DNA of 64,000 nucleotides from Tricharina praecox (Eukaryota): NCBI RefSeq assembly GCF_024521635.1, contig NW_026250417.1, positions 682,001 to 746,000 of the forward strand, read 5' to 3'. Shown piece by piece: positions 51,927 to 64,000 of this stretch (position 1 is its first letter; each line of letters starts with the position of its first letter). The notes under the pieces were generated by a model. It saw only the letters and a program-made list of their open reading frames with translations, ran no database searches and was not told where the DNA came from. The position numbers and the translations under genes were made by a program.

Positions 51927-54488
51927 TTTAATGATGATACTGGAGGATGGTGCTGTGAGGAGGGCGGCAGCGGTGGTGGTGGTTATGTTACCAAATGTCT
52001 TTTGTTTTCAACTTTTTCTTTGTGACATACTCGGAATAATCCGATGGCGGGTAGGTTATTTGGAAGGGCGTGGCAGCAGACGATGATGTCAAATCCATAG
52101 ATACCACGAGTTTATGTTCGCACAAGTTCTTCCCATGAATAGGTTTCCGTTTCGTGCGACTGCGATCTGGGTTCTGTCGGACACTGCTGTCTCATTTTCA
52201 CAACGGAACGGAGGGATACATACCTGGTAGTTACCGCGGAACTCTCCGGGCGACCCAACAACCACAATATCCGAGCGCGTATGCGGTACATACCGGTACT
52301 CTATGTAGAAGGTACCGTATCTACCGAGCTGAAAGGCGATGAAACGATCCTCCTCCTGCTCCTGCTCCTCTCCTCCTCCATGTTCATCAGCTACACACAT
52401 GTGACATAGGTACCTGCATACCACCTCCCGCATCGCGACTGAAATCACACTGGTCCCCTAACTACCGCATCCGTCATCGATAAGCGGCAACCACCTGCGC
52501 AACATCGAGAAAACACACCGGTACCGTTGAAATTCCGACTGGTCGAATGCACGCAGGTGCTGGTACTGGTTTCGTCGGCTCAGCCCTCGGGGGGGGGGGG
52601 TTGCAGACAAGAGCTGAGCAATGAGCACCGATACCTACTCTACTATATAGTACCGGTAAGCTGGAGCCGCAGCCCATCACGGCAGCCTGCGGAAGCCTGC
52701 GGGAGCCTGAAGGGTGCAGTGTTAAGCGAGCGGTGAGGGGCGGGGTGGGGGCGTTTTAAAGGGATCGACGGCTGCGTCTGTGTCACTGCGTGGGGCGAAC
52801 TTTGAATGAATGTCTTTACCGAACAAAGTGCCGCACTGCCGCCCTCGAGGCGACGAGGCGACGAGGCGTGCCACCGTCGGTAAGAGTAGGATGGGCTTTC
52901 GGAATGGATGGGAAACTGGTATGCTCATCCTCCACCACCACCACAATGCCACGGCTCCGACGGCGTTGGTGGAAACGGGAGTGGTGGTGGTGGTGGCGGT
53001 GGTGGTAATGATGTTCCCATTTCAACTTTGTGTACGCCAAACTCGGGATTCCACGTCATGCACCCACTGAATTTTTCCATTCCACACGACGTGGTGGAAG
53101 TAAGGTTTCCTGGTCTGATCGAGGTTGCTTGCGTTTTCAAGACGCGCCATGGTCAGAGGGAGTGAATGCACAGGTACTCTACTTAAATACTTCAGTAGGT
53201 GAGATGTAGAGATGGTGGGGCAACCCTATACCAGGGCCGATACCTAAGCCCTTGTATAGGTCCTGCAGGCTACCACGGCCCGCTCACGTTCGGTTCCACG
53301 CTCAAGTCACGCGAGACGAGGTTCCATAGGTACCTGTTGTGACGGCCAGCTTTCATCTCAAATTTCTTACACATGTCTGTACTACGGTACTCGCCTCCCG
53401 AGTCCCACCAGAGTTCCGGACCAGACCGAGACGCACACCCTCGATCACTCGCCTGGGATCTCTTATCCGGCCGGGAACCCAGGTATCTAGTTAACTAGCG
53501 CGTTCGCCAGTCTCCACGGACCCAACAGGCCATGCTGCCGAAGCATGATGGCATTCTGCCATCCACAGCGGCGCAGCATTCCAGTCAGAACCAGTCCGCG
53601 AATCGGTGACCGGTGACCGGTAACCACCGTGGTAAGACATCTGACATTTTCGGGTCCTGTCTCATCTCATGATTCTCATCTATGATCTCCTCCTTTCACT
53701 TGCAAAATTCAGGGCATGATGGCACGGGAATGTCCCTGCTGACTACCTACCCACGACTCAGAGCATGCAACTCCGAGTCTCTGGCGCTCTGAATTCGAAA
53801 CCGCCGGGCCGGGTCTGTAGAGTAGTTGCGCGTTTCACTGGAGGCTTGTACATGAGCACTTGCCCTAGCATTCCGGAATGGGCGAGGCAGTAGGCTCCCG
53901 ACCGGGAAGCGGGGTTGGCGGGGGATGGGGGAGGGGTTTTTTTATCTTCGGCAGCCGGCAGCAGCTGACACTCGCTAAGAACCGCGAGCCTGCGTTTCCG
54001 ATGTTGGGGTTGAGCCGTTGGGTTGGGGTTCCCGTCCGGGCTCCGACTTGCTGGGTTGACGGGTGCGGATTGTCAGCCCGCCGGGGTGGTTGTTTGGGCC
54101 GTAAATTGTAGGAGTCCCGGGGGCCCAGGGGTTCCCAAACCATGGTTCATCCTGTGCTTACATACTTACACACGGGTGAGCCCTGTCGTGGGGCAGAGAG
54201 TTTCATCGGCTGGAATGTGCCTTGCGAATATCTGGCTCGGTTCTTGAAGCTTCAGTTGGAAGTTTTGGAGGCGGGTATTACCTAGAGTGTGTACGTGCGA
54301 TGATGGTGGCGGACCTTGGAGAGCACAATTGGTACCGAATACTGTGGCTCTGACGCACCGTGAACCGCTGATACTCAACAATAGGTAGACAATAGTTGAA
54401 TACTGTTCCTAACGTTGTACGAAAACACATCAAGTGCTTGTATAATACACAGTATAAAACATACATACATAAGAAACATCACAAATAT

Positions 54489-54578
54489 ATATCCACCGGC
54501 CACATACCCACCGTCCACATATCCACCGTTCACATATCCACCGTCCACATATCCACTGTCCACCTATCCACCGTCCAA
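54489..54578. repeat. (ATATCCACCGTCCAC)6 imperfect minisatellite in the GH16 3' UTR
   Basis: Six 15-mers ending 7 nt from the GH16 stop codon. Confidence 0.85.
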
Positions 54579-54585
54579 ATATTCC

Positions 54586-55583
54586 TCACGAGCTCCAAAC
54601 CTTCACACTGTTGATCCTCCAATACGCCTCCGAAAACGCCGCAGGGTTGTTCCTAACCCACTCTGCGCAGGTACTGGCCTTAGCCTGACACTGGCTACTA
54701 TTACCCCACACGCTCCCCGCCCAATCTCCACAGAACGTCGTATTGATGATGATCCTGTGGTTCATAAACTTCTCGTCGATATTGCAGTCTCCCTGGAAGA
54801 CGGCGACCGGAGTGCCCCAGTTCTCAGGCGCCGGGTTGGGAGTGAACATATCGGCGGGAGCCTGACCACGCGGGAAGAACCACACCTTGATGAAAGCGCT
54901 GTTCCACTCAGTGGCGAAGAGTCCGCCGCCGATGTTGTTGAACCCGGTGCCGTACGACATCGTGCGGGGATCGGAGAACACGCAGCCCTGGTTGGAGGCT
55001 TGGCCGGCGGCGTTGACGTCGCAGTTCTTGGTGAGCATGTTTCCGGTGCCGCCGCCGCCGTTCATGACGCAGCCGGGGGTGGTGTGCAGCGCCATGCTGT
55101 TCGTCGTGGCATCGTTGACGCCCTCGACGATGTCGATTTCGCCGGCCTGCGGCCAGTCGGCGGTCGAGCCGAGAGTCCAGAATGCTGGCCAGGTGCCGCA
55201 GCCGGCCGGCATGTGCGCGGCGTCGAGGATGATGAGCCCGCGCTGGAACGTCTTCTTCGATTCGAGACGAACGCTGGGGCGGCCAGCGTTCGGGTAGGCG
55301 TTGGTGGTGTCGACGCCGATGTACACGCTGGTGGGATCGGTGCGGATCAGCCCAGAGGAGCTGGCGGCTGACTGAGAGATGTAGCTGACCACGCCATTGG
55401 TGGGGTCGGCGCCCTATGAGATGTTAGCAAGGAATGCGTGTAGATGTGAGGGGGTAATAGGGGACGGACAGTGTAGAAGTTGAACTTGGTGAAGAAGTCC
55501 GATGGGGTGTAGCTCTCGGCGAGGACAGTGTAAAAGGCCGACACTGAGCGGACGAGGAGAAGGCTGCTGAGTAGGAGCTTCAT
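54586..55583 (-). CDS. Secreted GH16 endo-1,3(4)-beta-glucanase (fungal Lam16A type), ~313 aa
   Basis: Exons 55583-55470 and 55413-54586. Signal peptide MKLLLSSLLLVRSVSA; DPTNGVVSY, GRPSVRLES, GCGTWPAFW, catalytic GEIDIVEGVN, NTTFCGDWAG. Confidence 0.95.
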
Positions 55584-58320
55584 TATGAAGAGATCTTGCG
55601 ACTATGTTTTTGTTTTTAATGGATATTGAGCTGTCTGGTGGCTTGATTTCGAATATCTACTGGAGGAAGATGCCCATCTTATACCTCGATACATCTTGAC
55701 TCCTGGGTTCAACAAGGCCGTGAACGTGCCCTACCCTGTGGAAGAAACTTCTGGAGTTGGTGTCAGGATCTGGGTAAAGAGATCAAAGGCCCGGAGTTCC
55801 CGTTGCAAATCATGCTGATTCCTCTGGGTGGTGATAGCTATGGGTGGGATAACCCATGATCCGACAAAGGGTTCGATATTGCTGTCTTCTGGAACTCCGA
55901 ATTCCGATGATTGATTCGGGGAGCACCGGTATGGCTTCCTCGCGATGTCTCGAGGAAAAGCAAGATCACAGGTTGGTATCGTGTGTGAAATTGATTCCTA
56001 TTGCAGTTAGCAACCAATTGTAGCCATGAGAGGGGAAGCTACTTGGATGGTTCGTGACGGGCTCGCATCCAGAAGGACAAGGAAAAGAGAGGACGAGGCG
56101 AGTGGACGAGGAGGTACGTACCGGCATGTGATACCACTATGTGTGAGCTTAAGCCTTCAACATGACTGGGTTCCCCATGTCGCGTGGCAACCTGTCAGGT
56201 ACTATCATTTGCACATGGGGACCAATCAATGAATCAGTAGGCACTATGCTCCATGGTGATGCGGGAAGGACATCCTCGCCACAGGTTCCGGAGATTAGGA
56301 CCCAATAGGGCATGTGGCATGCATATCGACAGCACTGGGCCATGGTTTTGCCTACGCATGCACTTGAGTTAATACTATACATCCGCGCCATATAGGATTC
56401 CAGAGCTTTCAAGTGACACCGTCGAAATCCAGTGCCACACATGGCTGCAACATGCGAGTCGACATGCAGCAACGATCTCACCCGGCGGTGCGGAATTTCT
56501 CCGTCACCTGGCGGTGGACGTTCCCCGCGTTCTTTAGTGGTTACGACGGTTAAAGGCGGGTTGGTGCTACGACGGCTCCCACGAGGTTGCCGATCGACAA
56601 ACGGCCTTCCATGCTCGGTCTGTACTCCGTTCCACGTGTGTAGGCAGGTACTAGCACCTACACACGTTACGCGAACTTTTAAACGCACATCAGGCGGCAC
56701 TCGAGGATGAGCATGTACTGTCACTCGGAGTATTGGCGCTTCTGGCCAGCACTGGCCGTTTGCACTGAATGGTGAGGAACACTTCGTCAAGCCAGCTATC
56801 TGAATTATAAATGGGATCAGAATATATCTGGTCTACTCGTGCCAATATCCGGATAAGTCGAATACACCATGATAAAATTGAAAAACAAAACATGCGCTAA
56901 ATGGTAAAACTACTTGGATATTTTGGAGAGAAACTATGGTCAGGAGGAATGGGGAGATCACCGGAGACAAATCGGCCTTGTGGCCGAGAAGTAGCCTCTA
57001 AAACCTGATATGCACGCACATTGTAAATTATGCACTTGTATTCCCTCAAAGTCCCACGATGCATAGGCGACCTAGTCGCCGTTGTCCAGAGCCCTCCTAG
57101 GGATCGAAGTACAAACATATGGATCGTAGCCCCGTGGATCCGCCCGCCTTCAAAGTCCCCTCAATATGCATAGCAGTGCGCGTTTCATGAGTTGGAGAAG
57201 TACTCGCTGTCCACCCCGAGGTTCCCCGCACGGGTCGTGGTACTTGACCATGGTGACCACTGTCCTGCCTCAAAGGGTCATCAGCTCTCTATGTATGTAC
57301 CGCAAGCGATGGCAGGTGTCGTTGTGGTCGGTCTGAATACTGTCGTCGTGATCAAAGTCCAGGTGCAAACGCCACAACGTTGACACGCGCCGCCCAGCCT
57401 TTCGTGAAGTCCACCTGCACAGTTGCGTCGCCTGTGTCTGACCAAGTGCAACGTGCGGCCGTTGAGGCCCGAGGGAAAATGCCCATGGTCTTAGGCTCGT
57501 ACCGTAGTTATGCATACCCCTTACTTCGTGACCAGACACACTACATATGCCATCACTCGTTTCGATCACACACGGGGATCTATCAGGCGAATCTGATTTC
57601 AACTGCCGTGCGGGGAATCCCTTCCGACAACTAGGAGTTCGTGCCGTGGGTCGGGTCTAACCGAGCGATCGCTGTGCGATAGTACTGTACATACGGAGTT
57701 CCGTACCTAGTGCCTCGACAGAAATTGCATAAACAGGGAGCGTTGCATAGCGTCTAAGCTTCGTGCCTCGCGAGGCAGATCGATAAGTGCACTTGCAAGG
57801 GCACGTGTATAGTGGTGGGGTAAAGCTTCGCGCGTATCTAGATGGTATTTGGAATCTGGATCAACTTCCGCTGCCGCGATCTTCTACTTCCTCATCGGCT
57901 TCGCCGGACAAGCATGACCTCGATTCAGCCTTTCGGACGTGGATTCAGTTGATGAAGTCCTCTGAAGCCGGTTCCGAGTCTCCGTACGGGCCCCGGCGGC
58001 TACGGTGGATATTGCATATGTGGATTGCTACCGTCCTAAGCGATTTTCTCTCTTTGTCTCGTCTGATCAGCGGTTGATCCGGTAAGTATTCCGCACCGTT
58101 GAACTCTAATCCGCGCCGTTGTTGCGTGATATGACCGGTACATATAGTTCCGGGTGTTTCGGTGATGCATATCTATTTCCACGTGCGGAGTGTTGGTGTT
58201 ACCCAATTAACATACCTAGCGCCACCCTGTCGCGTCTTCCCACAATCCCACAACATCGCGTCTCCTTCCTTATACCACCGACCATATTGACGACACAACA
58301 CTCCCGCCAATAACCTTGCG

Positions 58321-61274
58321 ATGAAGAAGTTCATCCCTCCACTCCTCACCCGGCGCGCTACGGCTTCAGTCGATGAGCCACCCGCGAAAAAAGCAAAGAT
58401 CGGGTCGTCGGACGACAGCCCGCAATCAAGCTCATCTACGCCCACGGCAACCAGGCCGGGCATCAGGTTGACCTCCACGACTGCAAAGCGCAGGCCATTG
58501 CTCTCGGTCAAGAACCCTGTCGCCGCCAAACCGGCTTCAGCTTCCACATCGAGCACGGTCGCTACGCAGGGAACCGCCGGTGGTGGTACGGAGGACTATT
58601 ACAATGTGCTCTGGTATGGCGGGAATCCCGTCCCGACTGCCCTAGATCCGCTGACATCTCCGTAGGCGCAAAAAGACAAACAAGAAACACAAGACCTTCG
58701 ATGGCGACGGTGTCCTCTCGGTAGTGGGCGGCTACGCGACGCTGCAAGACTCGAGTGGCAAAGATCTCGGGAAAACGCTACTCAATAGAAAACTCGAGCT
58801 CGGAGACATTGTGTCGTTGGGTGGGAAAGAGGTGGAGATAGACTCGCTGCTCTCGAAAGCAGACTACCTTGCCGGAAGGCCTTTCCTTCGGGCTAGCAAG
58901 ACTTCTACGGAAACCGAGTTTGTTCCTTCGACGATACCGTCCGCGATCAAGGGTTTCAAGGCACCATTGCTACATACCACTGTCATGCCAAAGAAGGCGA
59001 ACTCGAAGGTTCCCACACCAAGACATGACCCGGCGGCCGAGAATGCGTTGATAATGCCGAGGCCAAATGCGAAGTCCATTCCGGCCGGGAAGAAAATGGT
59101 GGACGTGGTAGTCGATCCGTATCTTTCGCAGTATTTGCGGCCACATCAGCGTGAGGGCGTTGAGTTTCTCTACCAGTGCATCATGGGAATGAAACCGTTC
59201 GAAGGCCGTGGAGCCATACTGGCCGACGAGATGGGATTAGGAAAAACTTTGCAGACAATTGCGCTACTGTGGACCTTGATGAAGCAAAATCCCGTTTACG
59301 GAGACAGTCCCGTCGTAAAAAAGGCGCTGATCGTCTGCCCAGTCACTTTGATCAACAATTGGCGCAAGGAGTTCAAGAAATGGCTAGGAAATGAGCGGAT
59401 AGGAGTGCTTGTGGTGGACTCCAAGACTAATCTGCGGGATTTCATTGCGGGAAAGACGTATTCCGTTCTGGTGATCGGATATGAAAAGGCTGGTTAATTC
59501 GCAAGCAGTTGGCTTCACAGATGTACTAATTTTGTCTCAGTTACAAAAAGTCCACACTGAGCTCAAGAAGGCTAATATCGACATTGTGATTGCTGATGAG
59601 GGTTGGTATCCTGGTACTCCAGTAATTATCTCATGCGTACACTAACACTACCTAGGACACCGTCTCAAGACGGAGAAAAACAAGGCAGCGCAAGCCATCA
59701 GAGCCTTGAATACACCGAGAAGAATCATACTCAGTGGCACACCGTTGCAAAACGATCTCCATGAGTTTTTCATTATGGTGTTAGTATTCTCCCCCGACTG
59801 ATGCGCATGGTGTAACTGACCGAGGTGGTGATAGTGATTTCGTCAATTCAGGTCTACTGGAAAGCTACGCCACGTTCCGCAAGGAGTTCGAGAATCCGAT
59901 CGTAAAGAGTCGCCAACCAGGTGCCTCTAAGAAAGATGTCGAAAAAGGTAAAGCCCGTAGCGACGAGCTGGCCAGAATCACCGCAATGTTTGTTCTCCGT
60001 AGAACGGCAGAGATCCTTTCCAAGTATCTGCCTCCCAAAAGTAAGTTGTCCATTCAATTCCAGTTTAATGATGCCAGTGGCTAACCAAACCAGAGGAATT
60101 TGTCATCTACTGCCGGCCGACATCCCGCCAACTGGAGGTATATCGCAACATTCTTAAGTCGTCTGCCTTCAACAAATGTCTCGGTAGTGCAGACAAGTCA
60201 CTATTGTTGATCACGGTACTCAAGAAACTCTGCAATACACCAGGGCTCCTGGTGTCCGGAGAGAAAGAACAGAGCGAAAACGTGAAGGCCCTACTTGCTG
60301 AAGTGGATCCGAGGCTCCTCGCATCTAGAAACGCATCGTCAAGTGGGAAGCTTCGAGTCCTAAACCGCCTCCTCGTCACGCTCAAAAACCACACCGAGGA
60401 AAAAATCGTCATCGTTTCCAATTACACCAGCACCTTGGACGTCCTCCAAAACCTCCTCATCTCCCGCGGCCTCTCCTGGCTCCGTCTGGACGGTGGCACA
60501 CCCAACGAGAAGCGCCAGCAACTAGTCGATAAATTCAACAATACAAACAGCAGCACATCCTTCGCTTTCCTCCTCTCTGCCAAAAGCGGCGGCGCAGGAA
60601 TTAACCTAATCGGCGCCTCCCGCCTGGTCCTCTTCGACCTTGACTGGAACCCCGCCACAGACGCGCAAGCAATGGCGCGAATCCACCGCGACGGCCAAAA
60701 ACACCCAGTATTCATCTACCGCCTCCTAACTACCGGCTGCTTCGACGAAAAAATCTTCCAGCGCCAAATCACCAAGCAAGGCCTAGCCGAGTCCGTCATG
60801 GACAACAAATCCGGCGCGTCAGCGTTCACCCAGGCGGAGCTTAGAGACCTGTTCTCGCTTAACGAAACGACGGAATGCCAAACCCACGACCTCCTTGGCT
60901 GCGCCTGCGGCGGAAAGGGCTACACTACTGACCCCATCGTCCCCGCGCTTACCGACAGCGACAGCGACGACGAACTCCTCTCACTGCCAGGGTTGATGAA
61001 GGCCTCCGCCGCGAGCGAGGACATCATCTCTGGCCGCTCCGTAAAGCAGGCCGTGGAGAAGGAGGCGCTGGGTGCATTGATGGAGTATGATCACGTTGCG
61101 ACCAAACTGCTGGAACCCCCGGAATCGAGCGATGATTGGACGCGAGAGCTGGATGAGGACGTGGATTCCATGCCATATAGGGATATTAGTGTGGAGGATG
61201 AGGTGCTCATGCGTGTCCTGTGTGAGAAGGCGAAGATGGAGGAGGTTAGTTTTGTTTTCCAGAAGTGCTTTTAA
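58321..61274 (+). CDS. RDH54: SNF2-family DNA translocase RDH54/TID1 (RAD54B-like), ~895 aa
   Basis: Exons 58321-58613, 58666-59488, 59541-59601, 59656-59779, 59835-60040, 60094-61274. Motifs LRPHQREGV, ILADEMGLGKT, DEGHRLK, LSGTPLQNDL, LRLDG, LLSAKSGGAGINLIGASRLVLFDLDWNPA, QAMARIHRDGQ, TECQTHDLLGCAC. The N-terminal YNVLWRKKTNKKHKTFDGDGVL segment is typical of RAD54B/Rdh54 rather than Rad54. Confidence 0.93.
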
Positions 61275-63514
61275 CGGACCATAAACACAGTGGTGCGTGT
61301 TTACGCTGCTATAGATGGTATCTCGATATGTGTTATGTGTTATGTACTGTATATAGATGGGAATCTGGGGGGGATAAGAGGATAAACTGCTTAGAAGCAT
61401 TAGATGGTTACATTTTTTTGTTTGTTTAATCATTGATTGCGTGTTATGTAGATAGACCATGGCAATATATTCACACTCCGCCTCGCCCCCACGCTTCTTC
61501 GTCAGGAGATGCCATGAAAGAGGGAGTGGGGGGGGAACAGCGGCAGTGACCCCAGATCCTCCCCCTCGCTTCGGCTCCTCTCCGCGTGTCTTTCTTCCCG
61601 TTCCTCAAGCTCCCATTCAGAGACCTCACTTGCCTTTCTTGCTCAGCGCATCAGATGATTACAACGGATGGAGCATAGAGAGACCAAAAATTCTAGGGTG
61701 ATACCGAGTGATTACACCGTGTTCCCACCACTAAAATTTGAGAGGAAAAAAAACTGCTAGTACTGTAAATGAGCCGCATCCAGTGTGCCGTCTTCTCTTC
61801 CGACCGCGTGAGTAGGTAGCCCTGAGACGTGGTTCATATGCCATCACTCGGCTTCACTGCGGAAAGAAAAAAAAGGGAAAAAAAGGGGGGGTTTTCCGTT
61901 CCTTTCTTTGCGGTGTAAATTATGGCGAGCTGCACCTCCTTCTATTGACCCTATTCTACTTCTCACATTCTCGAGTTCTCAGCAGTGCTGAATAAACATC
62001 GGCTGCATGCTCGTTGTCGACAAAGTCGAGGAGAGTCGCCGTGTCTTCCGTTCGAGCTCTCCCGGAGGATTAAAGCGATACCCGAGTGCCTCGGTGCGAA
62101 TGCATGTAACAGGCTGAATGGCGAGAGAGGAACTTAGAAGTTCACGCCTGGAAGCTCTTGGAATAGAGTATTGTCAATCGAGACCTCTACTTGGTTCGAA
62201 TTGCTACGGCAGTTGCCTCTGGAAGAGCTATGCTCGCCAAAATCCAGAACTTGGAATGTCATAATCCCCCCATCGAGATAGACATACGGGGTACACACGG
62301 AAAGACGAGGCTTGGAACAGTGGTTTTGGAAAAATGGGCTTGGAATCGGCTCGGTGAATGGGGATTGCGAAGGAGCCACTCGGTTAGAGTTGCGATCTAG
62401 TTCTCGGGAGATCGACAGTGGAAAAAAGTCTTGTCCGACCTTCCACCGCCACACTAAGCCGGCCCGCTTATCTACAGTTTTTCTTGCACCTGTCCGGGCC
62501 TCGTCACGAGCGCTCACTTGCTCTCTTGGTTTTTGATCGGACCGGCCCAGTTAACGGCTGCAAACTGTTCGACCTACTTAGCCCTACAGATCGGAAGAAG
62601 CAGGTACGGCTAGAGTTTTTGTTGATTTGCTCGATGGTCTTGCATGTTTAACGCCACCGGTATTTCAGCATGTACTCTACATGCCCCAGAATCGTCCGAC
62701 TCGACAGCGGTGGGAGAAGACGCCGGATGGAGATGCTCGCGGAAGAAGGAGGGGCCGGGCCGATTCAGGCGAATACGCGGAGAAGAGATCGAAGAAGGGC
62801 CAAAGATCGAGAGCGCAGGCTGGGGGAGCTGCAGAACTGTTAGATGCCCCGCATGAGCAGCAACGTTTGTTGGCTAAAAATAGCGCAGCATCCAGGGCTT
62901 CGCCCCTCCGACTCGCAGCACACTTGACGATGTCGCCGACTCGCCGTGTATCTATCGCTTCGTCCAATCTGAGCTCGCTAAGCTTCTGGCCTGCTTCCGC
63001 TCCGGGAAGTTTTTTGCTCGTTTGGTGGCGATCGAGCACGCTTTGCAGCTTAGTCAACGGGCGAAGTGGGGCCATAAACGCGGCTCTGGCATCGTATATT
63101 CTCCCTTTTCCGGCGCACAGGAACCGTTCGACTCTGTAGATGTAGGCGGACCCGGACATAGAGAGTGAAAAAAAAAGGGAGCGAGAGGGAACTCTACTCT
63201 GGTGGGTCTGCTCACTTCTACCCGCCTCTTTGTCATACCCAGGTCGAACTTCGATTTTTGCAATACAGCGCGGCGGATCCTCGTTGCCCATCAGTCGTTA
63301 CTCTCCATACCTCCCCCGGCCCTCCTCCACGCTCGCGAATCCCCCCCCCCTAGTCTCCCACCGTCCAGCTAGCCGATCTGTCCGTGCCTTCCACGTTTCT
63401 CACCACCGTGATAAGTCCTACATATCTCCTCCTGCGTCCCGACAAGCCCAACTTTTTCTCGGGAGTCCGAAAGGCCCATCGCTAGTCGTTCTTGGGATCT
63501 TGTCTCCAACGACA

Positions 63515-64000
63515 ATGGCGTTCGCGTATCAGGGGTTCGGCTTCGGAGAGGTGCGATGCGATGCGCTCCCCCCCCCTCCTCTCCCCACCCCCCAACTGCG
63601 CTGCTGCTGCTTTCGTGAAGAAGCACTTCAGTGCAGAATCTCCCTTCCTCTTCATCCCCCAAAGCAAAGGAACCCGAGACCGTGTTGTGTGAGCGAGAGC
63701 GAGAGCGTGTATGTGCTGACTCTTGGGGCCCGGCATGCCTGCGATCCGTCTAGTTCTATAAAGCCCAACAGAAGCTGCAGGAGATCCTCGAAGCTTGTTT
63801 CCTCGGAGTGTTCGATGCGCCCACCACGTATCTGTCGCTAGCTCGGACTCTCGAAGGCCTGGCCGACAGGATCGAGCGCCTTCTTGACGAAAATGGAAAT
63901 CCGAACTCGTCGATATTGCGCGCCGACAACAAGCCGCCGGCACAGCAGATGCTGCGCATAGCGAGCCATGGCCTCATCGAGAGCCTCAACCACCTCGAAC
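63515..64000 (+). CDS. 5' end of a second gene with a HeLo/SesA-like N-terminal helical domain (cut by right edge)
   Basis: Not in the ORF track. Exon 63515-63550 (MAFAYQGFGFGE), intron 63551-63753 (GTGCGA...GCTGAC...TAG), exon 63754 to the end, open: FYKAQQKLQEILEACFLGVFDAPTTYLSLARTLEGLADRIERLLDENG... Confidence 0.65.

Noticed and set aside
54415..55371. 318-aa plus-strand ORF with YPPST repeats
   Set aside because: Antisense to the GC3-rich GH16 gene; the repeats come from the 3'-UTR minisatellite.
1..64000. tRNA, rRNA or telomerase-RNA genes
   Set aside because: The GTTCGA hits I inspected lack cloverleaf context, and no rRNA-like sequence or CTAACCCTAA template was seen. This was a by-eye scan only; tRNAscan-SE/Infernal would be decisive.

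Overview
Eukaryotic genomic DNA from a filamentous ascomycete (short GT/GC-AG introns with CTRAY branch sites; Pezizomycetes-like is an inference only). I rebuilt spliced gene models by hand and checked intron phases. There are 13 genes plus one orphan exon or gene fragment: a Gfo/Idh/MocA oxidoreductase cut by the left edge, a ~2917-aa low-complexity protein with a probable divergent DH/PH-like C-terminal half, a MUP1-like amino-acid permease, a HeLo/SesA-like N-terminal-domain protein, a 300-aa probable beta-pore-forming-toxin-like protein with a three-repeat beta-tripod/MABP-like C-terminal domain followed by a tandem duplicate of only its last exon, a ferric reductase, a Mn-type CDF transporter, an orphan acidic protein, a chromate (CHR) transporter, a MARVEL protein, a GH16 glucanase, RDH54/RAD54B, and a second HeLo-like gene cut by the right edge. 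Non-coding features are a ~650-bp TIR-bounded MITE with an internal fold-back, a 388-nt structured intron, two GC-AG introns, and a ~10-kb gene-poor stretch with minisatellites and a 40-bp dispersed direct repeat. The most interesting signal is the 18.3-24.5 kb block: a HeLo-like gene next to a toxin-like gene whose duplicated, phase-compatible last exon could give two alternative binding domains. All family assignments come from recognising motifs by eye; no database search was run.
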